Shown piece after piece: positions 26,212 to 34,209 of a DNA stretch of 34,209 nucleotides; within the stretch, counting starts at the first letter, position 1; each line of letters starts with the position of its first letter. The stretch is taken from contig DASPQQ010000282.1 in the NCBI GenBank assembly GCA_035624885.1, forward strand, positions 1-34,209, in the 5' to 3' direction. The notes below the pieces were generated by a model. The model ran no database searches and was not told where the DNA came from. It saw only the letters and a program-made list of their open reading frames with translations. The translations under genes and the position numbers were made by a program. The stretch is from Bryobacteraceae bacterium (GTDB lineage: Bacteria > Acidobacteriota > Terriglobia > Bryobacterales > Bryobacteraceae).

Positions 26212-28014
26212 ATGGACCGGCGAGACGAATCCGGCGCGACTCGGCACGTCTTCCGGGTACTCGCGCGCCTCGCGCGCCGCCACCGGCGCAGGTTCGCCAT
26301 CATCGGTCTTTTCTCCCTTCTCGCCACCGGCGCGGACCTCATCCAGCCTCTCATCTACCGCCGCGCCATCAACGACGTCGCCGGTCTCTTCGTCACGCCG
26401 GGCTCCTCGCTCCGCATTCCCGCCCGCACGCTCGATCAGATGCTCCACACCCTGATCGTTTCCGTCACGCTGCTCTTTTTCATCAGCGTTCTCGGCTATT
26501 TCTTCTCGCTGCGCGCCCGCCGCTTCGGCTCGCGCGTGGCAAGCGACATCGAATCGTCGCTCATCGTCGACACCTTCGGCCACGTGCTGCGCCTGCCGCT
26601 CTCCTTCTTCAGCCGCCGCGCCAGCGCCGGCCTCGCCAAACGCATCGACCAGATGGATCAGGTCTCGCCCATCGTCTCCGCCCTCTCGCAGCAGATCGCG
26701 CCCGAAGCCGTGCGCCTCGTCGGCATCTGCGCCATCATGCTCACCCAGAACGCGGAGATGGCGCTCGTTTCCACCTGCATGCTGCCGCTCTATCTCTGGG
26801 TCGCGCGCCGCTCCGCCGTGCGCCTCCAGACCAACCTGCAGCCTTACTACGAACTCTGGGAGAACATCTCGGCGCGCATTTCCGACGCCATCGGCGCCGT
26901 GAAAACCGTGAAACTCTCGGGCGCCGAGGAACGCGAAGAAAAGCGCCTGCGCAGCGAATCCAAGCACGCCTACGGCGTCTATCTCCGGCGCATCGTCACC
27001 GCGCAGCGTTACTACATCACGCAAAGCGTCCTCAGCAATCTCAGCAAATCGCTCGTGCTCGGCTACGGCGGCTGGCTCGTGCTGCGCCAGAAGCTCACGC
27101 CCGGCGACGTGGTCATGTTCGTCGCCTATCTCGACCGTCTCTATGGCCCCGTCGATTCACTGAACGAAATCGCCGTCGGCCTGCAGCAGAACGCCGCGCA
27201 ACTGCAGCGCGCCGTCGAACTGCTCGAGACACCCGGAGTGGAGGAGAAGGGCGCTCCCATCCCGCCCGGCCCCGGCGCGATCGAATTTCGCGATGTCCAT
27301 TTCGGCTACGTTCCCGGCCGCGAAGTGCTGCACGGCATCAATCTCACTCTGGAACCGGGAAAAATCACCGCGCTCTGCGGACCCTCCGGCGCGGGCAAGA
27401 CAACGCTCGCCGATCTCCTGCTCAAGCTCTATGAACCCTGGTCCGGCGAGATGTATCTCGACGGTCACCCGCTCTCGCGGGCCGGCCCTTCTTCCGTACG
27501 CGCGGCCATCGGCGTCGTCGCGGCCGATGGCGCGGTCTTCCGCGGGACGCTCGCCGATAATATCCGCTACAAGCGCCCCCAGGCCACCGACGCCGAAGTG
27601 CTCGAAGCGGCCAGAGCGGCCGGCCTCGAGCACGCTCTCGAACGCCTGCCCGATGGTCTGGCGAGCGAAATCGGCGAACGCGGCATCGGGCTTTCCGTGG
27701 GCGAGCGCCAGCGCCTGCAGATCGCGCGCGTCCTGGTCGATCGCCCGCGCCTCCTCGTGCTCGACGAAGCCACCGCCAATCTCGACTACGCCACCGAAGC
27801 CGAGCTCCGGCACGCGCTCGCCCGTCTCTCGCCGCGCCCGACCATGCTGATCATCGCGCACCGCTACACCATGACCAAAGACGCCGATTACGTCTGCGTC
27901 CTCCAGGACGGCAGCGTAACCGAGCAGGGAACTCCCGATCAGCTGCTCGCCGCCGGCGGATGGTACGCCGAACTCGCGGCGCAATCGGGCGAGGCGGAGG
28001 GAGTGCACCTCTGA
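26212..28014 (+). CDS. ABC exporter half-transporter (ABC_membrane type TMD fused to an NBD, MsbA-like fold)
   Basis: 600 aa from ATG 26212; the track start at 25927 lies inside glgX. Six TM segments are followed by Walker A GPSGAGKTT, the signature LSVGERQRL, Walker B LLVLDEAT, and the H-loop IIAHR. Confidence 0.85.
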   Translation: MDRRDESGATRHVFRVLARLARRHRRRFAIIGLFSLLATGADLIQPLIYRRAINDVAGLFVTPGSSLRIPARTLDQMLHTLIVSVTLLFFISVLGYFFSLRARRFGSRVASDIESSLIVDTFGHVLRLPLSFFSRRASAGLAKRIDQMDQVSPIVSALSQQIAPEAVRLVGICAIMLTQNAEMALVSTCMLPLYLWVARRSAVRLQTNLQPYYELWENISARISDAIGAVKTVKLSGAEEREEKRLRSESKHAYGVYLRRIVTAQRYYITQSVLSNLSKSLVLGYGGWLVLRQKLTPGDVVMFVAYLDRLYGPVDSLNEIAVGLQQNAAQLQRAVELLETPGVEEKGAPIPPGPGAIEFRDVHFGYVPGREVLHGINLTLEPGKITALCGPSGAGKTTLADLLLKLYEPWSGEMYLDGHPLSRAGPSSVRAAIGVVAADGAVFRGTLADNIRYKRPQATDAEVLEAARAAGLEHALERLPDGLASEIGERGIGLSVGERQRLQIARVLVDRPRLLVLDEATANLDYATEAELRHALARLSPRPTMLIIAHRYTMTKDADYVCVLQDGSVTEQGTPDQLLAAGGWYAELAAQSGEAEGVHL

Positions 28015-28020
28015 ACTGCC

Positions 28021-29724
28021 ATGAACCGCGTCGACTGGGATCTCCTGAAACGAATCGTGGCGCTGGCGAAGCCCTACTGGGTTTCCGAAGAGCGCTGGAA
28101 GGCGCGCGGTCTCGCCGCGCTGCTTGTCCTGCTGATGATCGGAGAGACCTGGTTCAATGTCTACTTCAACCTGCAGTCGGGTGAGTTCACCTCTGCCCTC
28201 GCGGCGCAGGATGCCACGCGCTTCTGGCTCTCCATCCGCGCTTTCTGCGGCCTGCTGCTTTTCGCCGTTCCCATCTACTCGTATTACTACTACCTGCGCG
28301 ACAAGCTCGCCATTCACTGGCGCCGCTGGATGACGCACGGCCTGCTCGGCCGCTATTTCTCCGATCACGCCTTCTATCATCTGGCGCGCAATCCGGAGAT
28401 CGACAATCCCGATCAGCGCATCGCCGAAGATATCGCCTCGTTCACGCAGCGTTCGCTCGGCTTCCTGCTCCTGTTCGGTGGCGCCACCTTCCAGCTTGTC
28501 GCCTTCAGCGGAGTGCTGTGGACCATCTCGCGCTCGCTCGTCTTCTTTCTTGTGGCCTACGCCATCGCCGGCACCTTCGTCACCATTGCGGTATTCAGCG
28601 AGAAGCTGATTCTGCTGAACTTCAATCAGCTCCGCCGCGAGGCCGATTTCCGCTTCGGCCTCGTGCGCGTGCGCGAGAACGCGGAATCGATCGCCCTCTA
28701 TCACGGCGAAGGCCAGGAAGACGTTCAGCTTCGCCAGCGCTTCAGCCAGGTTTTCTCCAATTTCGATCAGCTCATCCGCTGGAGCCTGCGCCTCAGCTTC
28801 TTCCAGAATCCGTACAGCTTCATCGCCATCGTCCTGCCCAGCGTGATTCTCGCGCCGCGCGTGCTTTCAGGAGAACTCGAGGTGGGCCGCGTCGTGCAGG
28901 CCGCCGGCGCGTTTGCCGCCATTCTCGGCGCCCTCACCCTTCTCGTCGACAACATCGAGAGCCTGAGCCGCTTTGCCGCGGGCGTCAGCCGTCTCGATGC
29001 TTTCACCCGGGTGCTGACGCAGAAACCCAACGCCGCAAACGGCAGGATCGCCACGCGCGAGAACGGTCTCCTGCGCTTCGAACAGGTCACCCTGCAGACG
29101 CCCGACTCGGAGCGCACGCTGGTGCGCGATCTGACGTTCGCCGTCCCGCCCGGCGAGAGCCTTCTGATCGTGGGGCCGAGCGGCTGCGGCAAAAGCTCGC
29201 TGCTGCGTGCCGCGGCCGGATTGTGGAACACCGGCTCGGGTCTCATCGAACGGCCGCCGGTCGATGACATGCTCTTTGTCCCGCAGCACGCCTATATGAT
29301 GCTGGGCAATCTGCGCCGCCAGCTCTGTTATCCGAACGTCGACCGCCGTGTTCCCGATGCCGAGCTTGCCGAAGTCCTCGAGCGCGTCAATCTGCCCGGA
29401 CTGGTCGAACGCTGCGGCGGATTCGACGGGGAGCTCGATTTCGAAAAGCTTCTTTCGGTGGGCGAGCGCCAGCGCCTCGCCTTCGCGCGCGTGCTGCTGC
29501 AGCATCCGCGCTACGTCTTTCTCGATGAAGCCTCGAGCGCGCTCGACGCGGAGAACGAAGCCGCGCTCTTCGACCAGTTTGCCGGCATGTCCACCACGCT
29601 CGTCAGCGTAAGCCACCATCCCGCGCTCGTGAAATATCACTCCCGGGTTCTCGAACTGACCGGTGACGGCGCCTGGACCCTTTATCCCGCCGCCGAGTTC
29701 CACTTCACCGAAAGCCTCTGCTGA
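28021..29724 (+). CDS. ABC half-transporter of the ABC_membrane_2 / ABCD-YddA-SbmA-BacA-related family
   Basis: 567 aa, starting 6 nt after the previous stop. The TMD carries the family hallmark EIDNPDQRIAEDI. The NBD has GPSGCGKSS, LSVGERQRL, VFLDEASSALD and VSVSHH. Confidence 0.85.
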   Translation: MNRVDWDLLKRIVALAKPYWVSEERWKARGLAALLVLLMIGETWFNVYFNLQSGEFTSALAAQDATRFWLSIRAFCGLLLFAVPIYSYYYYLRDKLAIHWRRWMTHGLLGRYFSDHAFYHLARNPEIDNPDQRIAEDIASFTQRSLGFLLLFGGATFQLVAFSGVLWTISRSLVFFLVAYAIAGTFVTIAVFSEKLILLNFNQLRREADFRFGLVRVRENAESIALYHGEGQEDVQLRQRFSQVFSNFDQLIRWSLRLSFFQNPYSFIAIVLPSVILAPRVLSGELEVGRVVQAAGAFAAILGALTLLVDNIESLSRFAAGVSRLDAFTRVLTQKPNAANGRIATRENGLLRFEQVTLQTPDSERTLVRDLTFAVPPGESLLIVGPSGCGKSSLLRAAAGLWNTGSGLIERPPVDDMLFVPQHAYMMLGNLRRQLCYPNVDRRVPDAELAEVLERVNLPGLVERCGGFDGELDFEKLLSVGERQRLAFARVLLQHPRYVFLDEASSALDAENEAALFDQFAGMSTTLVSVSHHPALVKYHSRVLELTGDGAWTLYPAAEFHFTESLC

Positions 29725-29798
29725 AGAGCGGGGGAGCAGGGGCGCCCTTTACACCACACTCCGGACGAAGTCTAATCGATGCTGGCCCGGAGGCGCCC

Positions 29799-30989
29799 AT
29801 GTCACATCGTCATCCACACCCGCATCCACACCCGCACGCACCAACCCGGAGAGATTTCTTCACCAGCCTGTTTGAAAGCCTGATCGCCGGAGCGGGCCTC
29901 ATGGAGATTGCGGCGCACCGCGCCGTCTGGGCGCAGGCGCTTTCGCCCTCTGCGCCCACTTCCCAGTTCGAGATCTCGCAGGTGGCGGAAAACGTTTACT
30001 TCGCGCTGGCGCGTCCTTATGCCATGGCCAACTCGAATGCGGCCATCTTCGTGAATTCGGCCAGCGTCGTCGTTGTCGACGCTCACTCCCATCCGGCCGC
30101 CGCCGCCGCTTTGATCGCGCAGATCAAAAAGGAAGTGACTCCCAGACCGGTGCGTTATCTCATCGACACCCATTTCCATTTCGACCACACGCAGGGAAAC
30201 GCCGCCTATCTCGCGACGGGCAACAAAGTCGATATCGTCGCCAGCAACACCACAAAGACGCTGATGTCGAAGATGCTGGTCCCGAAGCTCAGGGCCGCGA
30301 TGGATCCCGCAAGCCCCGGCCCGCGCGGATCCGAGCAGGTGGCCCACCGCCTCGAGGATCTGCGCGAGCGTCTCGGCAAAGCCACCGCCGAAGACCAGAA
30401 GGCGCAGCTCCGCACCCAGATCGGCCAGGTCGAAGCCTGGGCGGCCGAGATGAAGAATTTCGAGCCGGTCCTGCCCACCATCACGTTCGACAAAGCGTAC
30501 GTGATCCGCGACAGAGAACAGGATCTCCATCTCGAATTTCACGGCATGGGTCATACGGCCGGCGACATCGTCGTCTTCTGCCCGCAGAAGAAGGTGCTTG
30601 CGAGCGGCGATATCATTCATCCCGGATTTCCGGCTTTCGTCGACGCCTATCCGCAGTCGTGGCCGAAGGCAATCGACTCCATTGCCGCGCTCGGATTCGA
30701 CTCCATAGCCGGCGGCCACGGCAGACTCCAGCGCGACCGCAGGGACATGACCGGCGAGCGCAATTACATCGAGGAGCTGACCGCGCGCGTGCTCGCCGGG
30801 AAGAAAGCAGGCCAGTCGATCGAAGACCTCCAGCGCACCGTCACAGTCGCGTCACTGAAGTCTCTCCACCGGGACGGCTACATGGATGCAACCCCGGCCG
30901 ATGCCATCGTCCGCGGCGTGGCCGGCAACATTCATGACATGTATGATCGCGTGGAGAAAGTCAGATTCACCGGCGAGGAGGCCGTGTAG
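29799..30989 (+). CDS. Tat-exported metallo-beta-lactamase-fold hydrolase
   Basis: 396 aa, with GGAGG 8 nt upstream. The N-terminus is MSHRHPHPHPHPHAPTRRDFFTSL...AGAGLM...AQA (twin-arginine signal). Contains the MBL motif THFHFDHTQGN, plus a later HGMGHTAGD and GGHG. Confidence 0.85.
   Translation: MSHRHPHPHPHPHAPTRRDFFTSLFESLIAGAGLMEIAAHRAVWAQALSPSAPTSQFEISQVAENVYFALARPYAMANSNAAIFVNSASVVVVDAHSHPAAAAALIAQIKKEVTPRPVRYLIDTHFHFDHTQGNAAYLATGNKVDIVASNTTKTLMSKMLVPKLRAAMDPASPGPRGSEQVAHRLEDLRERLGKATAEDQKAQLRTQIGQVEAWAAEMKNFEPVLPTITFDKAYVIRDREQDLHLEFHGMGHTAGDIVVFCPQKKVLASGDIIHPGFPAFVDAYPQSWPKAIDSIAALGFDSIAGGHGRLQRDRRDMTGERNYIEELTARVLAGKKAGQSIEDLQRTVTVASLKSLHRDGYMDATPADAIVRGVAGNIHDMYDRVEKVRFTGEEAV
29811..29837 (+). 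repeat. Tandem 12-nt repeat (CATCCACACCCG x2 plus CAC) encoding a His-Pro repeat at the extreme N-terminus of the MBL protein
   Basis: Read directly from the sequence: cat cca cac ccg cat cca cac ccg cac encodes HPHPHPHPH, immediately before the TRRDFF Tat motif. Confidence 0.8.
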
Positions 30990-31000
30990 ACGTTCCGCTT

Positions 31001-31828
31001 TCAGCGCTGCAGGCTCTCCAGATACCTGGCGAGAGCATGCGCAGCCTCCGCCGTCGTCATATTCCGATCGCCCGCGCGCTGCGACAGCACAGGCCCCCAG
31101 ACCGGCATGTCGATCCCGCCGTGAACCACTGGAGACCGGGTCGTTCCGCTCAGCAGCCCTTCCACCTGCGCCAGCGGAAACACGCCCTGGTTGCGTTGCG
31201 CCAGGGACCGCAGGTCCGTCACATTCAGGTTCCGGCTCAACGCCGCTGGTCCAGGCGGATTTCCATCCTTGCCATGGCACTCCGCACAGAACGCGGCGTA
31301 GATTGCCGCGCCATTCCCGGGCACACCCTTCGATTCCGGAGTACTTGCCTGGCTGCCCGCCGTGGCGGTTTGCTGCAGTCTCGGTTGTTCGCGCGTCGCT
31401 TGTGACGGTTCCCGCTGCTCGTTATAAAAGAACACCGACCCGCGCCCTTCCATGCGGAACGCTGCGTGAGCCGGCTTGCCGAGGATGTCCTTTCTGCCCT
31501 GGAAGAACGGCCCGAGCGGCGCGCTGTCGTTCTCAAACCACCAGGCGTGCCATTGGCCCTTTTGCTCGCCCGCCGCATCCGCATACCAGTAGCTCCAGGC
31601 CTTCGGAAGGATGACCAATCCCCCGAAGCAGTTCTCCCGAAGCTGCACCACAAGATGGTTCTGTTTGAGATCGGAGAAATCCAGGTTCTGGTTCAGGGCT
31701 CCCGGACAAATCACCGCCTGGATTCGAGGCGCCTTCGGACGGGACTCGACGTAAGCGATACCCGCGCCGATCACGAGAACCGCGCCGATTCCAACTGCCC
31801 ACCCGATGCCGGCTTTCGATGCTGCCAT
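31001..31828 (-). CDS. Membrane-anchored mono-haem c-type cytochrome with an uncharacterised Trp-rich N-terminal domain
   Basis: 275 aa from ATG 31828 (MAASKAGIGWAVGIGAVLVIGAGIAYV, TM anchor). The C-terminal domain has CAECH with a downstream GGIDMPVWG (Met ligand context). The middle portion has no motif I recognise. Confidence 0.75.
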   Translation of the reverse strand: MAASKAGIGWAVGIGAVLVIGAGIAYVESRPKAPRIQAVICPGALNQNLDFSDLKQNHLVVQLRENCFGGLVILPKAWSYWYADAAGEQKGQWHAWWFENDSAPLGPFFQGRKDILGKPAHAAFRMEGRGSVFFYNEQREPSQATREQPRLQQTATAGSQASTPESKGVPGNGAAIYAAFCAECHGKDGNPPGPAALSRNLNVTDLRSLAQRNQGVFPLAQVEGLLSGTTRSPVVHGGIDMPVWGPVLSQRAGDRNMTTAEAAHALARYLESLQR

Positions 31829-31977
31829 CGACCGTGATAAAGCAAGGCAAGGGCCACGCCGCAGCGTCCGTATCCCGCCGTTCTGGCCGTTCTTCTGCGG
31901 CTTATGGCGCAGGCAACGCGCAGGCACGGCCTCCCGGTTTGGCAGCGCAACTGCGAACGCCGCATTGGAGACCCGAA

Positions 31978-33084
31978 ATGGACGACACCTTTGACGTTGT
32001 CGATGAACTCGGACCCGCCAAGGTCCTCTATCTGTCCAATCGCCAGACCGGCCTGAAAGCGGTCGTCGCCGTCGACAACACGGCGTGCGGCCCGGCCATC
32101 GGAGGCGTTCGCATGGCGCCCGACGTCTCGGCGCGCGAAGCCTGCCGCCTCGCGCGCGCCATGACTCTGAAGAACGCCGCCGCGGGCCTTGCGCACGGAG
32201 GAGGCAAAGCGGTCATTTTCGCCGACCCTCGCATGGACCCCGCCGGCAAAGAACAGCTGATGCGCGCCTTCGCCTGTGCCATCCAGGGGCTCGCCGACTA
32301 TATCCCCGGTCCCGACATGGGTACCGACGAACTGGCCATGGGCTGGGTTTACGACGAGATCGGACGCGCGGCGGGTCTGCCCCGCGAGCTGGGCGGAATA
32401 CCTCTCGATGAGATCGGCGCCACCGGTTTCGGCCTCGCCGTGTCCATCGAAGTTGCGGCAAGCGCCATCGGATTGAATCTGAAAGGCGCGCGCACCGCGG
32501 TGCAGGGCTTCGGCGCCGTTGGCAAACACGCCGCCCGCTTCCTCGCCCCGAAGGGCTGCGTGCTGGTTGGTGCGAGCGACAGCCGCGGAACCGTCTCGTC
32601 GCCGGACGGCCTCGATATCGACGCCCTGATCGCTCTCAAGAGCGCGCACCGGCCCATCACGGATCTGCCGGGTGGAATCAAGGGCGATCGCGATGCCATC
32701 GTCGGCATCCCCTGCGACATCTGGATTCCCGCCGCAAGGCCCGATGTTCTCCACAAAGAAAACGCGGACCGTCTGCAAACGAAAATCCTCGCGCAGGGAG
32801 CGAACATCCCGTGCACGCCCGAAGCCGAATCGAGCCTCGAGGCCCGGGGCGTCCTCATCCTGCCCGACTTCGTCGTCAATGCCGGAGGCGTCATCTGCGC
32901 CGCCACCGAATACCACGGCGGCAGCGAAGCAGCCGCTTTCGCGGCCATCGAGGAAAAGATCCGCCGCAACACCACGGTCATCATCGAGGCGTCACGCCGC
33001 GAGCGGATCTCCATGCGCGCCGCCGCAATCGAGCTCGCAAGAGCCAGGATCACCAGTGCGGAGCGGGCTCGCCGGTGGCGCTGA
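31978..33084 (+). CDS. Glu/Leu/Phe/Val-family amino-acid dehydrogenase (short form, about 368 aa)
   Basis: ATG 31978 has GGAG 8 nt upstream. Contains GPAIGGVRM...LARAMTLKNAAAGLAHGGGKAVI (catalytic Lys motif) and the Rossmann motif VQGFGAVGKH. Substrate specificity is not assignable from sequence alone. Confidence 0.85.
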   Translation: MDDTFDVVDELGPAKVLYLSNRQTGLKAVVAVDNTACGPAIGGVRMAPDVSAREACRLARAMTLKNAAAGLAHGGGKAVIFADPRMDPAGKEQLMRAFACAIQGLADYIPGPDMGTDELAMGWVYDEIGRAAGLPRELGGIPLDEIGATGFGLAVSIEVAASAIGLNLKGARTAVQGFGAVGKHAARFLAPKGCVLVGASDSRGTVSSPDGLDIDALIALKSAHRPITDLPGGIKGDRDAIVGIPCDIWIPAARPDVLHKENADRLQTKILAQGANIPCTPEAESSLEARGVLILPDFVVNAGGVICAATEYHGGSEAAAFAAIEEKIRRNTTVIIEASRRERISMRAAAIELARARITSAERARRWR

Positions 33085-33164
33085 CCTCGCGTGCTCCGCG
33101 GCTTCCGTTCCCCGTGTCAGTGTTGTGCAACCATAAATCTCGAAAGCGGGAAAGCACACCTTCG

Positions 33165-33566
33165 ATGAAAACCGAATTGCTGCGATTCAACGGCGCTGTC
33201 GAGCGGGCCCCCGCCATTGACGCGTGGATGACGGAGCATGCCGGCGAATTGCGAGCCATCGCGCATCGCTGGTTTGAGGTGATGCGAAACTGCGGCGACG
33301 AAGTCCGGGAGCTCCTGCATGACGGCCATCCGATTGCCTGTCTGGGTGATGCGCCCTTCGGCTACGTCGATGTGTTCACGTCGCACGTCAACGTGGGCTT
33401 CTTTCACGGCGCGGCGCTGCCGGATCCCGAGCGCCTGTTGCAGGGCGCCGGCAGGTTCATGCGCCATGTGAAGCTGAGACCGGGAACGGAAACAAACACC
33501 GCCGCACTAAGCAGGCTCATCGACGCGGCGTACGCGGACATAAAGGCGCGCGTCGAAAACGGTTAG
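33165..33566 (+). CDS. DUF1801 (YdhG-like) domain protein
   Basis: 133 aa from ATG 33165. FTSHVNVGFFHGAALPDPERLLQGAGRFMRHVKL is the typical DUF1801 core. The upstream part of the track ORF overlaps the dehydrogenase gene. Confidence 0.75.
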   Translation: MKTELLRFNGAVERAPAIDAWMTEHAGELRAIAHRWFEVMRNCGDEVRELLHDGHPIACLGDAPFGYVDVFTSHVNVGFFHGAALPDPERLLQGAGRFMRHVKLRPGTETNTAALSRLIDAAYADIKARVENG

Positions 33567-33627
33567 CCCCCACATATCCTGAAGAACAGGAAGTCAGCAA
33601 GCGGGCAATCCACACCAACAGGAATCC

Positions 33628-34209
33628 ATGGCGCGGCGAAAACCCATCAATCGATCTGCATCCCCACCCGCCGATCCCGCTCCCTCGAAGCAGGCCGCGC
33701 CCGCACCGGTCGCAACGGCGCCCGTCCGGAACGCCGCCATCCTCCTTGTCCTCGCTCTCATCGCGTACTTCCCGGCGCTCCGCGGCGGCTTCCTGTGGGA
33801 CGACGATCGCCACGTCACCGCCCCCATCCTCCGCTCTCTTCACGGCCTCTGGCGCATCTGGTTCGAGCTCGGCGCAACCCAGCAATACTACCCGCTCCTG
33901 CACAGCGCCTTTTGGATCGAGCACCGGCTGTGGGGCGACACCGTGCTCGGCTACCACCTGGCCAACGTATGTCTCCACGCCACGGCCGCGCTCCTGGTGG
34001 TCCTGATAGTGCAGCGCCTGGCGCTGCCCGGCGCATGGCTGGCGGGCCTGGTGTTCGCCCTGCATCCGGTTTGCGTGGAATCGGTAGCCTGGATCTCCGA
34101 ACAAAAAAGCACTCTCTCGGGCGTCTTCTACCTGGCCGCGGCGCTGGTCTATCTCCGGTTCGACGAATCCCGCCGCCGGCCGCAGTACCTCTGGGCGAGC
34201 GCGCTCTAC
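33628..34209 (+). CDS. N-terminal part of a TMTC-like / PMT_2-type polytopic membrane protein, usually fused to TPR repeats; the CDS runs off the right edge
   Basis: ATG 33628 has AGGA upstream. My translation is MARRKPINRS...AAILLVLALIAYFPALRGGFLWDDDRHVTAPILRSLHGLWRIWFELGATQQYYPLLHSAFWIEHRLWGDTVLGYHLANVCLHATAALLVVLIV.... The F(L/V)WDD, QYYPL and GYHL.N..LH blocks are typical of this family. The frame is open to 34209. Confidence 0.7.
   Translation, partial: MARRKPINRSASPPADPAPSKQAAPAPVATAPVRNAAILLVLALIAYFPALRGGFLWDDDRHVTAPILRSLHGLWRIWFELGATQQYYPLLHSAFWIEHRLWGDTVLGYHLANVCLHATAALLVVLIVQRLALPGAWLAGLVFALHPVCVESVAWISEQKSTLSGVFYLAAALVYLRFDESRRRPQYLWASALY

Noticed and set aside
26013-27434. 473-aa Arg/Pro-rich plus-strand ORF; the same applies to 15137..16378 (+), 413 aa
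   Set aside because: These are alternative frames of the ABC transporter and MFS genes. Their composition is incompatible with real proteins.
1-34209. Window-wide scan for CRISPR arrays, tRNA/rRNA/tmRNA genes, IS elements, integrases, and toxin-antitoxin or canonical phage-defence genes
   Set aside because: I saw no repeat-spacer periodicity and no T-loop-like GTTCGAATC-type motifs in the intergenic spacers. No translation in the six-frame track has a transposase (DDE), recombinase, nuclease-helicase or restriction-modification signature. The scan was done by eye, so short or degenerate elements could have been missed.

Overview
This is a high-GC, densely packed chromosomal segment with about 30 genes, short or overlapping gene junctions, and long Arg/Pro-rich antisense shadow ORFs. 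Protein features suggest an Acidobacteriota-like soil bacterium: a PKGxY-type motif, a TMTC-like TPR/PMT membrane protein, and many Tat- or Sec-exported redox proteins. That taxonomic guess is inference only. All calls come from reading the supplied translations and the DNA against remembered family motifs. No searches were run.

Gene content, left to right:
- A truncated exported coiled-coil gene.
- phoU appended to a leuA(short)-leuB-leuC-leuD operon (minus strand).
- A frameshifted membrane-protein pseudogene.
- A strong intrinsic terminator just upstream of an O-methyltransferase.
- A Tat-exported hydroxypyruvate-isomerase-like TIM-barrel protein.
- A DUF1810 gene, followed in the same frame by a decayed 5'-nucleotidase remnant.
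- A tight putA-nitroreductase-cupin-DsrE-like operon.
- A small orphan ORF convergent with a stand-alone Tlde1/DUF2778 L,D-transpeptidase-like gene.
- An MFS transporter and an exported peroxiredoxin.
- A 1305-aa membrane sensor (DUF4118-GAF-PAS-GAF-GAF-PAS-PP2C-HATPase) followed by a STAS antagonist that overlaps glgP.
- Convergent glgX.
- Two ABC half-transporters of different families plus a Tat-exported MBL hydrolase with a His-Pro repeat.
- A membrane-anchored c-type cytochrome.
- A Glu/Leu/Phe/Val-type dehydrogenase, a DUF1801 gene, and a truncated TMTC-like gene.

I found no CRISPR array, tRNA or rRNA gene, transposase, integrase, or canonical defence gene. The best candidate for something undescribed is the sigma-less partner-switching module translationally coupled to glycogen phosphorylase. 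Secondary candidates are the terminator-containing leader upstream of the methyltransferase and the orphan Tlde1-like gene. All three are hypotheses, not demonstrations.
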